The notes: generated by a model from the letters alone, not told the origin. A stretch of 46,682 nt of DNA from Octopus bimaculoides (GCF_001194135.2 NC_068997.1:50041897-50088578); one strand, 5' to 3'. Numbered from the stretch's first letter, positions 13,950 to 27,101 are shown. A program made the numbers and translations.

Positions 13950-14169
13950 GGAATTGCAGAAAAAGTGAGGTCGTACAAATTGTCATTGGAGCGTTAGGAA
14001 TAACGGGAAAAAAGCTCAAATTGGCTTGCAGAAGCACATAGAGTACATGCAACGGGCTTGCTTGTAAAGAACACTAAAGATCATTCGAAAGTTCTTGAAT
14101 GGTTGAGGTCACAGGCGATGACTTGTTATCCAAGAGTAAACCCACCTAAATTCCATCTCAGAGATGTGA

Positions 14170-14725
14170 TAACAATCTGATGCAGTGCCAGGCAGTGGCT
14201 CTCGTGGCTTCTGATCTTATCTCATTGGAAGCTTAACGTGTACATGTTTTCTCTTGGTGTAAAAGATGGGTTACAGCAAATATTTTGTTCCATACCACTG
14301 ATTTGCTTGTCAGTTGTTTGACCTTAACCAGTTGAGCATGTCCCTTGGTGGCAGATGATATGTGCATCTCTGATCACGAGCAGAAGTAGTGGGGGAGCAT
14401 CATGGCCATGCGTTGAGAGGAATTCTTTGGTCTTTGAATAATTCACTTCTGGTAACATGGGTGTTTCATTCAACATCTTTAAACAGCCCTTATTCAGGGA
14501 TTTTTTGAGCTGATTGGGCATCTCGACCTGAAGAAAAGTTTAATTGGGCCCCACATGAAGGTCATGCACTGTTTATTTTTATATGAGTTCGCCATGTCGC
14601 GCACGTATGGTTGTAATGCATGTGCCTGGGGTACCCTTATCAGATGGGGAGTCATAATTGGTTTATTGGCCTTTGTATATTTGCACCTTAATGTTATTTT
14701 GATGGCGTGTGCTGCTCTCTCACTC

Positions 14726-14760
<35 letters not shown>
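14170..14760 (+). repeat. Interspersed repeat family E, longer copy 2, with (AAT)n tail
   Basis: Homologous to 5019-5226 in opposite orientation; no open reading frame with recognisable motifs. Confidence 0.65.
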
Positions 14761-14770
14761 TGATGATGAT

Positions 14771-15501
14771 TTCATTTATTTACCACAAGGGAGAAGGATA
14801 AGGGGGACAATACAGAGACAGACATAAAATGGGGTGGGGTACATATAATAATGAAATGATACCCTGGTAAAAAAGGGGACACATGCATAGCATACAAAGG
14901 TAAAAAGCTCCCGACCGGAAAGTCCAAGCCAGACTAGCCAGTTCGGCCTCGTCGGAACAGACTAGCCAGTTCGTTCTCGTCAACGCCCAGAGTCTCCCCG
15001 GAAACGTCGTCGCACTTTTCCGTAAATCTTCTGTAAATTTCGCACTAATCTTCTGTAAATTTCTAAAGCGGAACATCCACCGATCCCATTGCCCGACTGG
15101 TAGAGGGTTGTGAGCGTCTGAGGACATTCTAGGTGCCACGTGTCCAGTCTCGGTCTTTTCTTCACCCAGGACTGCAGCTCCGTCAAGGAGACGAGCTGTG
15201 GAAAAATGAGCCTCACAAACGGAGCCCACACACGCTCACCTGCCAGAAATCGTTGCAGGTGGAGTAATCTAAGCGTGTGTCTGCGCATTAGGCGGCACGG
15301 CATACCTAATCCGTCACTCAGAGGATGCTGGCAACAGACTGACCGCCTGACCATTGGAACGCGTTCCTTCCACAAGAATTTAAATAAGAGACGCTCCAAC
15401 CTGTTCAAGCAGTAACCGGGACAGGGCACGACGGTCAGGCGATAAATGATAACGGAGGCGATGTAAGCATTCTCCACCTCTGCCCGACCTTTCAGGAACA
15501 A
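14771..15501 (-). mobile_element. Tx1/L1-clade LINE ORF2 3' fragment with 3' UTR (decayed)
   Basis: ORF 14980..15501 LFLKGRAEVENAYIASVIIYRLTVVPCP...LERLLFKFLW...GLGMP matches the post-RT LSLKGR...LW...GGLG pattern of L1/Tx1. AATAAA at 14780-14775 is followed by an (ATC/ATT)n tract. Confidence 0.85.
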
Positions 15502-15730
15502 CTTAGAAATACCCTACAATCTAGGCGTATTGCAAAAATTGATAGTACTTGTAACTGCACGCATATTGCGTATAGTACTGTCTGCCTGAGGTTCTTGTTG
15601 TAACTTGACAGACAATACAAACCCCCGGTAGACACAATATCTTCAATCAACATCACAATATTGAATACTCTGCGGCGTCTTGAATAATAATAATAATAAT
15701 AACAATAATAATAACAACAACAACAACAAC

Positions 15731-15787
<57 letters not shown>
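15502..15787 (+). mobile_element. Dong/R4-clade LINE extreme 3' end with (TAA)n tail
   Basis: LEIPYNLGVLQKLIVLVTARILRIVLSA* resembles the LQK...GTARILR.VL C-terminus of R4/Dong elements; short UTR, then (AAT)n at about 15683-15787. Confidence 0.65.
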
Positions 15788-15788
<1 letters not shown>

Positions 15789-16719
15789 TTTGGAGATTGC
15801 CAACAGAAGATTGTTGAATAGTTCAATGACCGTTTCATTTACCTCTGGTTGATAAAGTATTATTTGTCCTTGGACATTTTGGGGTTTTAGATGTTTGTAG
15901 TTGTTTAAATTGTTTTAAACATCTATTGTTTTCTTCAAGAGTAGCGGTCGGAATGACTGCCAGAATAGAGGTAGCACTTATCATGTCCTTAAGATAAAAG
16001 AAAAAAAACGATAACTTTCGGAAGAATTAACGGAGATTTTCAAAAAGATAAACAGAACAAAAGGCAATGCCAATAACACAGACACTTTTGGAAAGAGAAA
16101 AAAAATTCAAATAAAAGACATTCGTATCACTATACAAACAAGTCAAAATTTTAATAAAAGCTTTAGTAACATTGCCAGACCAAAGGAATTACTGCGCAAA
16201 GATCGTCTCCTTGAAATAAAAATAGCAAGAAATATGTTACGAGGTACTGTACTTTCTTGTCCAGAAAAAAATGGTTGCATTCAGAAACGAATAGTGCTTC
16301 TGTCTCGTCCAGAATAGAACCGGTTTTCCTCTGCCCACAGAAAAGAACGTATTAATAAACAGCGAGATTAAACCCTGTGGATGTATGAAACGATGCGAGA
16401 GTGTGTGCCTAGTCTTTAAAATCAAAGACAAAACGAACTGTCTGACCGAGTTGGTGCAATATAATCTCCCTGTCGGTGGGTTGGTGCCGTAATATATGGA
16501 CTGGTTATTTAGGGTCTGTATCCCCATTGTAGGAACAGCAAGACTCGTGGTGGAGGGAAAAATTTTCGGTTGTTATGCATGTGGAAGAACCGCTTGAGGG
16601 TTTCTTACTTAGAAAAGCTGGAAAACAGAGAATCAAAGCAAAGAGAACGACATAGAGCAGCAGGGACAGTAACAAAACTAGCAGGTCTCAGAAATTACTG
16701 TTTCTAGAGTGCCACAAGC

Positions 16720-17430
16720 TTTAAGATTTTGACCAATATGTTAGCGAAAGGGTGTGCGATGGTCGACGGTCGTCTGGTCAGGGAAGCGCGAACGTGCGTA
16801 GTCCCAACCAGCACTATTCACGACAACCTCCAGCTTATGCGATACATAATATAGAACGTAAGGAACAAAACTGACTTCGACGGGGCTCTGATCGATTTTG
16901 ATAGAATCGGCCATCATTATTTAACAGCTGTCCTGAAATCGGTTGGATTTGGATCCGTTTTCAGAAGCTGAGTCGCTGCAATGCACAGAGGCACCAGCTC
17001 GATGGTCAAAGTAAACGGCCACTACTCGGAACCATTTCGCATCGCATGCTCAGACAGATCAAAGGTTCCTCATTCTCGCTTCTTTTATACGTGCTTGGTC
17101 TTAGGCCATTGCTGCGGAAGATGTTACAGTCGGGTGGAGGTACTCGAAATGATGCAGTCAGCATCATTCCAAAGGAATACGTTACAAGGACTAAGATCAT
17201 CTGGACAAGTCGATAGTATTTGCAGCTTGACAGCTAAAGGGACAGGTCCATGCCGCCCGATGGCGTCGGATAGCGTTGAATGGTATATAGAGCGCTGGGC
17301 CGACGGACAGGTTTAAATGCTTGAGGTCTGCTTCGGTCTCGACATTCAGGTAGACCAAAACTGGAACGAAGTGACAAACAAGGCAGCCTATCTTAATTAC
17401 AAACGGGCTGAGGGGAAACTGTTTCTGAAA
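16720..17430 (+). mobile_element. Tx1/L1-clade reverse transcriptase fragment (stops, frameshifts, internal deletion)
   Basis: Hand translation: FKILTNMLAKG...VPTSTIHDNLQLMRYII*...DFDRIGHHYL...GFGSVF...SMVKVNGHYSEPFRI.../GSSFSLLLYVLGLRPLLRKM, and later NWNEVTNK...GKLFLK. The YADD region is missing. Confidence 0.85.
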
Positions 17431-17767
17431 TTACCTGCATTATCATTTACTACATGACAATCGTGCATTGCCCCAATAATCACTTGAGCGAATTGGGGCA
17501 TTTGTTGTTCAATTTGTTGTTGAAGGGGAGGCACGGTTTCTTTCTACGAAATCCCACACGCAAGGTATTGGTAAACTTAAGGGCCTACAGTTGAAATGCA
17601 TTTGCCCATGGTGCTGCGCATTGGAATCGAAACCGAAACCACTTAGTTTTTAAATGAGCATCTTGACGATACAGCTTTGCCTGCGGCTCTACCAGCTAAA
17701 TATTTCAAGCAGAAGTGTGACACTTCATTACTTCCTCTTCCCTTCCAGTTGTTCCAGCTTCTTTTTT

Positions 17768-17826
<59 letters not shown>

Positions 17827-18512
17827 TGGTTGGTTGGTTGGTAGCTTACTTGCTTAGAGACATTTTTAGTGCCTGGACAACTTCTTGATACTTCTTGCAT
17901 TGATATTCCCTCCCAGAACTATCCAGATGTTACAAAACNNNNNNNNNNNNNNNNNNNNNNNNNNNNNNNNNNNNNNNNNNNNNNNNNNNNNNNNNNNNNN
18001 NNNNNNNNNNNNNNNNNNNNNNNNNNNNNNNNNNNNNNNNNNNNNNNNNNNNNNNNNNNNNNNNNNNNNNNNNNNNNNNNNNNNNNNNNNNNNNNNNNNN
18101 NNNNNNNNNNNNNNNNNNNNNNNNNNNNNNNNNNNNNNNNNNNNNNNNNNNNNNNNNNNNNNNNNNNNNNNNNNNNNNNNNNNNNNNNNNNNNNNNNNNN
18201 NNNNNNNNNNNNNNNNNNNNNNNNNNNNNNNNNNNNNNNNNNNNNNNNNNNNNNNNNNNNNNNNNNNNNNNNNNNNNNNNNNNNNNNNNNNNNNNNNNNN
18301 NNNNNNNNNNNNNNNNNNNNNNNNNNNNNNNNNNNNNNNNNNNNNNNNNNNNNNNNNNNNNNNNNNNNNNNNNNNNNNNNNNNNNNNNNNNNNNNNNNNN
18401 NNNNNNNNNNNNNNNNNNNNNNNNNNNNNNNNNNNNNNNNNNNNNNNNNNNNNNNNNNNNNNNNNNNNNNNNNNNNNNNNNNNNNNNNNNNNNNNNNNNN
18501 NNNNNNNNNNNN

Positions 18513-18526
18513 ATTATTATTATTAA

Positions 18527-18601
<75 letters not shown>

Positions 18602-19225
18602 GTTAGTGCATGCTTAGTTAGCAGGTATTTCATCTTGATGTTTAATTACAACAAAACTCATCGAATCTCCAAACCTTTCTTAGGATTCTTGCAGAATATA
18701 GCGTGGTACTTTTTCTGTAAGGTCGACAATGCGAGTTTTCATTTCCAATCTCTTTCAGTGTTTCAGTGTTGTGTCAAGAGAACAAATTGCTACAAGAATA
18801 ATTGTTGTCTTGGTCTGCCACAGTTTCCTCAGTTCTCTGGTTAGATCCTGATATTTCTCAATTTTCTTCAAATTTCTTTGTTATTGACTCTGCTATCATA
18901 GGGAGTCGCAAAATCTAAGATCCATTAATGTTTGTTTCTTTTGTCCTTTATAATCATATCCGATCTTCTTGCTTCAATATTATGGTCAGTTTTTATAAGG
19001 AAGTCCCGCAACATCCCCTGACTCTCATTTTCGATCACAGCCTCTGGTTCGTGGCCATACCTCTTTTCTGTTCTTTTGAAACCATATACCTGGCTAACAT
19101 CCTAATGAACACTTTTCCTACACATTCATGTCTGCGCTTATACTCCTTTCGTGCTAGTATACTGCACTCGCTCAAAAGGTGATTGATACTTCCATCTCCT
19201 TTCCTGCAGATTCTGCGTTAGCTAT
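18513..19225 (-). mobile_element. Dong/R4-clade LINE 3' fragment: CCHC knuckle, restriction-like endonuclease and (TAA)n tail
   Basis: Minus-strand translation with frameshifts: RIC-GKGDGSINHLLSEC...EYKRRHECV; HEPEAVIENE...DFLIKTDHNIEARRSDMII; DFATPYD; KIEKYQDLTRELRKLW. Tail at 18513-18600. Confidence 0.85.
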
Positions 19226-19445
19226 GTAACTGAGTTTTGTCGATCTTTGCCTTTATCAGATTTGATCTACGGGTTTGTTCCTGGGTGACTATAATTAGCG
19301 TTTCTGTATCTCGTTTTAAGTTTCCGTCCGTCAACCAGAGTCAGAGATCTTTACTTCCAGCATTCTCTATCTTACGGGGATGTAAACACACCAACATCGG
19401 TTGTCAAGCAATGGTGAGGGACACAAGCAGACACACACACAAATA

Positions 19446-19483
<38 letters not shown>

Positions 19484-20654
19484 AATACAGTGTAAATTTA
19501 AACACATCAGAGAGATGTCCGTAATAGGACATCTAACCCGCTAAAAGGAGCAGTCAANNNNNNNNNNNNNNNNNNNNNNNNNNNNNNNNNNNNNNNNNNN
19601 NNNNNNNNNNNNNNNNNNNNNNNNNNNNNNNNNNNNNNNNNNNNNNNNNNNNNNNNNNNNNNNNNNNNNNNNNNNNNNNNNNNNNNNNNNNNNNNNNNNN
19701 NNNNNNNNNNNNNNNNNNNNNNNNNNNNNNNNNNNNNNNNNNNNNNNNNNNNNNNNNNNNNNNNNNNNNNNNNNNNNNNNNNNNNNNNNNNNNNNNNNNN
19801 NNNNNNNNNNNNNNNNNNNNNNNNNNNNNNNNNNNNNNNNNNNNNNNNNNNNNNNNNNNNNNNNNNNNNNNNNNNNNNNNNNNNNNNNNNNNNNNNNNNN
19901 NNNNNNNNNNNNNNNNNNNNNNNNNNNNNNNNNNNNNNNNNNNNNNATACATACATATATGACGAGCTTCTTTCTATTTCCGTCTACCAAATCTATTCAC
20001 AAGGCTTCGGTCGGCCCGAGGCTATAGTAGAAGACACTTGCCCAATGTGCCACGCAGTGCAGTGGGACTGAACCAAGAACTATGTGATTGGGAAGCAAGC
20101 TTTTTTACCACACAGCCACACCTGCGCCTATATGTATATATACATATGCATACATACATATATATATATATGTGTGTGTGTGTGTGTCTGTGTGTGTGTG
20201 TGTGTAGGGGCTTGCATACAATTGTATATCTCTAAATTGGAGTGTGTATGTTATGCAGGCATGAACGCATGCGTAGTGTGTGCGTGTGTCATGGGTGAAT
20301 GTATGCGTTTATGTGTGTGTGTATGCATGTCAGTGTTATTTAAGACGTATGTGCGTTTGTGCCTGTGTGTCAGTGTGCGCACACATTCCCCATCTCACGC
20401 ACGCACACACACGCACGCACACACGTGCGCACAAGCGCCGTTTTCACAGCAATATCAGTATGCTCACGTTGCAGAAAGACATAACTGTTCGTAACCCGAA
20501 GCGCATCGGACCAGCAACCACAACAACAACAACAACAACAACAACAACAGCAACAACAGCAGCAACAAACATCAACGATGACACGTCATTATGTTTTTTG
20601 TCATGTTAAGCAGAAGAGATATCAATAACGCCCGTAGAGGACGTCTATTGCCCA

Positions 20655-20975
20655 GTCTCGTCGTTATCGTCATCACCATCATCATCATCATCATTGTCAC
20701 CGTCATCACCACCATCACCACCATCACCATCATCATCATCATAATCATCCTCATCATCATCATCATAATCATCGTCGTCTTCATCATCATCATCATCATT
20801 ATCATCATCGTCATCATAATCATCATCATCATCGTCGTCGTCGTCGTCATCATCATCATCATAATCATCATCACCATCATCATCATCATCATGATTATCA
20901 TCATCATAATCATCGTCGTCGTCATCATCATCATCATCATCATCATCATCGTCGTCGTCGTCGTCGTCGTCGCCA
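20655..20975. repeat. Imperfect (CAT/CGT/CAC)n microsatellite
   Basis: Directly visible; produces the poly-I and poly-M ORFs. Confidence 0.95.
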
Positions 20976-21425
20976 TAATCTTCGCCAGCAAGGTCATCTC
21001 ATAATGTAAACGCTGTGCCATAAAGAGAGGCTCGATTTGCAAACACGTGGTTTCGAATTCAATCCCGAGCAAGTGCCTTCTTCTGCAGCCCTGGGCCGAC
21101 CAGAGNNNNNNNNNNNNNNNNNNNNNNNNNNNNNNNNNNNNNNNNNNNNNNNNNNNNNNNNNNNNNNNNNNNNNNNNNNNNNNNNNNNNNNNNNNNNNNN
21201 NNNNNNNNNNNNNNNNNNNNNNNNNNNNNNNNNNNNNNNNNNNNNNNNNNNNNNNNNNNNNNNNNNNNNNNNNNNNNNNNNNNNNNNNNNNNNNNNNNNN
21301 NNNNNNNNNNNNNNNNNNNNNNNNNNNNNNNNNNNNNNNNNNNNNNNNNNNNNNNNNNNNNNNNNNNNNNNNNNNNNNNNNNNNNNNNNNNNNNNNNNNN
21401 NNNNNNNNNNNNNNNNNNNNNNNNN

Positions 21426-21456
<31 letters not shown>

Positions 21457-21600
21457 TGTACATTTTTTTAAGCCTGGCACTTATTCTATCGGACTTTTTG
21501 CCGAACCGCTACGTTAGGAGGACATAAACACACCAACACCGGTTGTCAAGCAGTGGTGGGGTCAAACGCAGACACAGAGATACACACACTGCTGTGTGTG

Positions 21601-21631
<31 letters not shown>

Positions 21632-21893
21632 ATGTGTGTGTGTGTGTGTGTGTGTGTATGACGGGCTTCTTTCAGTTTCTATCTACCAAATCCACTCAGA
21701 AGCCCGAGGCTATAGTTGAAAACACTTGCCCAAGGTGCCACGCAGTGGAACTGAACCCAGAATCATATACATGGATCTAGGTTAGAAACCGGCTCTTTCA
21801 CCATTGGCAAGCGATCTTGAAATAAAACTGAAAAACATACATAAATGCACACATTCACACATACATACATACGTACGTACGTAGGTACATACA

Positions 21894-21925
<32 letters not shown>

Positions 21926-21955
21926 CTCATGTACAACATATATGGATGGACAGAC

Positions 21956-22020
<65 letters not shown>

Positions 22021-22839
22021 CGAACATATATAATGCTCGAGTGGCCAAACGGGTGAAAAGGTGGGTGGTGGGGCTCAGTATAAACACAAACACATGACCA
22101 ACTCGCTCTAGTGAGAGAGGGAATCATTGAATGCAATCAATTAAACTCTATATAAAGTATAAGTATTTACATTTACAGATTAGAAGAACCAGTCCTCAAT
22201 AGAAAAAAGTAGAACGTTTCAAAGTTCTCTGTTTTTTTATATATCTAAATCGATTTTTCTCAAATGACAAATTACAAATTACGACAATTAATTTCACGTC
22301 ACATATTTAAAAAAAAATAATGGCAAACATTTCAAAAATTTTATAAAATTTTATAAAATGAGTCGAATTCGATAAAAATATTAAACNNNNNNNNNNNNNN
22401 NNNNNNNNNNNNNNNNNNNNNNNNNNNNNNNNNNNNNNNNNNNNNNNNNNNNNNNNNNNNNNNNNNNNNNNNNNNNNNNNNNNNNNNNNNNNNNNNNNNN
22501 NNNNNNNNNNNNNNNNNNNNNNNNNNNNNNNNNNNNNNNNNNNNNNNNNNNNNNNNNNNNNNNNNNNNNNNNNNNNNNNNNNNNNNNNNNNNNNNNNNNN
22601 NNNNNNNNNNNNNNNNNNNNNNNNNNNNNNNNNNNNNNNNNNNNNNNNNNNNNNNNNNNNNNNNNNNNNNNNNNNNNNNNNNNNNNNNNNNNNNNNNNNN
22701 NNNNNNNNNNNNNNNNNNNNNNNNNNNNNNNNNNNNNNNNNNNNNNNNNNNNNNNNNNNNNNNNNNNNNNNNNNNNNNNNNNNNNNNNNNNNNNNNNNNN
22801 NNNNNNGCTAAGCCTTTCGCCCGACATGCTAACGTTTCT

Positions 22840-23072
22840 TATTTTTTTATTGCCCACAAGGGGCCAAACATAGAGGGGACAGACAAGGACAGTCAAAAGG
22901 ATTAAGTCGATTACATCGACCCCAGTGTGTAACTGGTACTTAATTTATCAACTCCAAAAGGATGAAAGGCAAAGTTGACCTCGGCGGATTTTGAACTCAG
23001 AACGTAAAGACAGACGAAATACCGCTGAGCATTTCGCCCGGCGTGCTAACGTCACTGCCAGCTCGCCGCCTT
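22840..23072 (-). mobile_element. tRNA-derived SINE family A, near full-length copy
   Basis: Minus head AAGGCGGCGAGCTGGCAG...GAGTTCAAAATCC (B-box-like) and conserved core GCCTTTCATCCTTTCGGGGTCGATAAA-type, which resembles the Meta domain as I recall it. Other minus copies at about 6835-7000, 22807-22839, 25445-25662, 27708-27836, 29609-29829, 30062-30279, 31570-31700 and five in 33026-34060. Confidence 0.85.
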
Positions 23073-24399
23073 GGTAAAATAAAATATAGCTTAAAGAATG
23101 TTACTGAGGCTACTTAAATGAAAAAAAAAAAAGAAAGAAATTGTGAAAATGCGACATGCTACGCAAGAGAAAGATAGGTTGAGAGTCTCTTAAAGTATGT
23201 CGTGACTATAAGAAAACCCAGTGAAGAAATGAATGCGGACTTTGCTTATAGTATAGAATTTAGTTAATGGAATTATAGATGGTAGAAAATAATTATATAA
23301 AAGGTGTTTTCTGCAATAGGATCAAATACTATGAAGTTGTTATAGAATCGAAATGGTAGGCCATAAAGGCAAACATGCCAAGCTAACAGGCAGAAGTCCA
23401 TACAGTTGCTGGTTTCATTACTAGCAACAATAAGCATTTAAGTATGTATATGTTTGTCTCTGTGTGTGAGCGCGTGTGTGCGTGTGTATGTGTGTGCGCG
23501 TGTGTATGCGTGTGTGTGTGCGCGCGAGTGTGTGTACTCATACATCCTTGCCTACATACATGCAATTTGATTTTATATTATTTCAAATACATCCGCTAGC
23601 ACCGATTTACTACATGTATATGTATACACAATTCACAACACAGCGCTTACTTAGCACCAAGCCCCAGAAACAGCTGTTAAGGATAACCTGTATTCTCTTC
23701 TCATTTGTGAGGTTCAAATATATATATATATATANNNNNNNNNNNNNNNNNNNNNNNNNNNNNNNNNNNNNNNNNNNNNNNNNNNNNNNNNNNNNNNNNN
23801 NNNNNNNNNNNNNNNNNNNNNNNNNNNNNNNNNNNNNNNNNNNNNNNNNNNNNNNNNNNNNNNNNNNNNNNNNNNNNNNNNNNNNNNNNNNNNNNNNNNN
23901 NNNNNNNNNNNNNNNNNNNNNNNNNNNNNNNNNNNNNNNNNNNNNNNNNNNNNNNNNNNNNNNNNNNNNNNNNNNNNNNNNNNNNNNNNNNNNNNNNNNN
24001 NNNNNNNNNNNNNNNNNNNNNNNNNNNNNNNNNNNNNNNNNNNNNNNNNNNNNNNNNNNNNNNNNNNNNNNNNNNNNNNNNNNNNNNNNNNNNNNNNNNN
24101 NNNNNNNNNNNNNNNNNNNNNNNNNNNNNNNNNNNNNNNAAACACACATACAAATAATATATATGTATGTGTGTATGTGTATGTGTGTATTTGTGTGTCT
24201 GTGTTTGTCCCCCCACCATCGTTTGACAACCGATGTCAGTGTGTTTACGTCCCCTGTTCGGCAAAAGAGTAAATCCTGGGGTCGATTTGTTCGACTAAAG
24301 GCAGTGCTCCAGCATGGCCACAGTCAAATGACTAAAACAAGTAAAAGAATACATACATACATACATACATACATACATACATACATACATACATACATA

Positions 24400-24994
24400 C
24401 AGTGGTGGGCACTGCTAACCAAAAGGTTAGCTTCGCTAACTGCTAATCCGCTAAGAAAGTTGGCTTCGCAAACGCTAAACCGCTAAGCAAGTGGAAAAAA
24501 TTAGCGGCAGCTAACGTTAACTGATAACCGCTAACTTTTATCGTATGAATTCACCTTCGGTTTGGTTTTTTTGGCTCTAAAACCCTTAAAAACAGACCTA
24601 GAGAGTTGAATTTTTCATGTAGCTTAGACGTGTAGCAGCTGATGATCAAGGTTTACGCAAATAATTAAATGAATAAATGAAATTAAACATAAGTTTTTCA
24701 GTCAACATACACTTTATTTACTGTACAAAAAGTATTAAATGACTCAAAGAGGTATGGTATAGCATAGGTATCATGCCAAGATCAATTGGTGATCAAGGTG
24801 TACTACTCTGGCTGGGCCTTCTCCATCACGTCGATATGATGCTCATTGACCTTCATAAACATCAGCCTCTCAAAGTTACCATCTGACAAGGTGACTCTCT
24901 TGGCCCTCAAAATATCTTTGCCTATAGAGAATAGGCGCTCAACTGCGGCACTGGATGGAATGACGGTGTTATACTTGGTGAACAGGTCGATCAA
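24400..24994 (-). mobile_element. hAT DNA transposon 3' end: dimerisation-domain fragment, subterminal repeats and TIR
   Basis: ORF 24803..24994 KYNTVIPSSAAVERLFSIGKDILRAKR...FERLMFMK. The terminus CAGTGGTGGGCA at 24400 abuts (TACA)n. GCTAAC/CCGCTAA motifs cluster at 24414-24535. Confidence 0.88.
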
Positions 24995-25019
24995 GACCTG
25001 TTCACCCAGAACGGAGCGG

Positions 25020-25200
25020 AGAGAACGATGTGATCGGAGAGTACCGAAAGCATAAGTTCCGCTGGGCTGGATATTTCACAGTTGCCCAGTGATATCCAAG
25101 AGATTAAACAACGCTACTTGGAAGGTTTGCACGATCACACGATCGAGAGTCAAGCAATTTGGGCCAAGATGAAAAAGAATGGCAAAACCAAGACGAAATT
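25020..25200 (+). mobile_element. RTE-clade LINE C-terminal remnant
   Basis: EYRKHKFRWAGYF/TVAQ*YPRD*TTLLGR resembles the K.RWAGH...W.PRD.KR..GRP motif. Confidence 0.6.
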
Positions 25201-25909
25201 GGAATCGCATTGTGACTAGCGGTGTGTAACAACATCAGATGGTCGGGTCAGTACTATAACACTGTGATATATTGTATTTATAAAATCCGGTCCACTTTGG
25301 ACTGACCTGAACATCTGACGTTTAAAGAGAGTTTTTATATGAATATCCTGTCCTTTTAGATTATATTGCTTGTTGTCTTTCATCATTTCGGAGTCGACGA
25401 AGTAAATCACCGGTCATTTCAAGTCGTGTATTGGAACTGATAATATCGGTTTCGAATTTAGGCACAAGGCCAGCAATTTCGGAGTAGGGAATAGTCGATT
25501 ACATCAACTGGTATTATTTTATCGACGAGTGTGGGTTCTTTTTTTTCTTTTTCCGATGTGAAAAGGGTGAAAGTTAAAGTCGACGTCGGTGGAATTTGAA
25601 CTCAGGATGTAAGGACGGATGAAATGCCGCCCGGTGTGCTAACGATTCTGCCAGCTCGCCTTATCAGATGTACGGTTAAATATCTATACGTCTGAACATA
25701 TGTTTAGTTATATATTTAGTTATATGTATATCTGTGTGTGTATATGTGTGTGTATGTGTGTGTGTGTGTGTGCGTGTGTGTAATTATGTATGCATGTATA
25801 TATGTATGTATCTCTCCATGTATATTTGTATGTATCAAGCCTAATCGTGTTTATCTGCATTACTATCTACATATTTGTGTCTGTGTGTATGTGTCTGTGC
25901 ATGTATGCG

Positions 25910-25960
<51 letters not shown>

Positions 25961-26288
25961 ATGTGTACGTATATATATATATGTGTGTGTGTGTGTGTGA
26001 GCTTTTAATGATTTAACAGAGAACTACTGACACATCGACATCGATAGCTTTTGAGCAATTTTCTGGACAAAGGGAGAGAACTCCTCACAATCACATATAA
26101 TAATCTCTCTTAAGTCATGACGGTGACAAAACACGAGGTTTAGCAGAAACGTTAATAGGCTGACTATGAAGGAGTGATGCTAGAGCTGTGAAATCTTGCA
26201 TGCATTAATATCAACTCCTCTTATTAATAACTGCAATGTTTCTTTCCCGATAAACTGACATCTGACTAGTAGCGACTTCTCTTGAAGA

Positions 26289-26520
26289 TTGGACAAAATT
26301 TGGCATCGTGGTGTTATTAAATACCTGCAGAAAAAGGGTTTAGCCCCCAACGACATTCGTGCTAAGATGGTTGCTACATTAGGAGATGACGATCCAGCTT
26401 TATCAACAGTGAAAAAGTGGGCAGCTGAATTTAGGAGGGGAAGGGAGAGTCTTGAAGATGACCCAAGATGACCCAACGTCTGGACGTCTAGGAAATCATT
26501 GATCGGGTTCACCACATGCT
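26289..26520 (+). mobile_element. Mariner transposase N-terminal HTH fragment (pseudogenic)
   Basis: (L/M)DKIWHRGVIKYLQKKGLAP.DI...MVATLGDD.PALSTVKKWAAEFRRGRESLEDDPR followed by a disrupted SGRP; no catalytic domain or TIR seen. Confidence 0.88.
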
Positions 26521-27082
26521 GGCGGATGGTAGAACGTTTAAATTGGTTAAACAACTATTTTTTAAACGGCTTTGATAGAAATAGCAGCCAAAATACATTT
26601 TTAATTATAAAATGATAATCCAAGAAAAGCATTGGTGATAGAAGTCGAGACATTAAATTACATGTGGGGTCGAGTCTCCAACTCGAGGAGTTTAGGAATT
26701 TTGGGAAGTCCGAAGCTACCCCCTTAATCACCGCTACTCCCACGTCCGCTCTGGCCTGAGATCTAGTTATTGGTCAAATAGCAGATGATCCTATGACTAA
26801 GATATACAGAACTCGAATGAGTGATGAGCCCTGAACACGTTTCAAACAGATCTACCATTGTATGGACATGCTTTGACGTCTCGTGAAGCAGTTTCCCTGC
26901 TTAAGGGTTTTTATAGACCTCAAGAGCAGGTTCGAGAGAACAGGAGACTAGGAGAGTAAATTGTGAATAAACTAGTAAAGGGCAAGAGGAAACCACTTTT
27001 GTATTTTCATAAAGAAAATTCACGAATCTTTAGACTTTCGTGCGGAGGTGCAGGTTCACCGATGCCAATAGGAATAGCATAT

Positions 27083-27101
27083 GAAGAGAGAGGGGGGGGA
27101 G

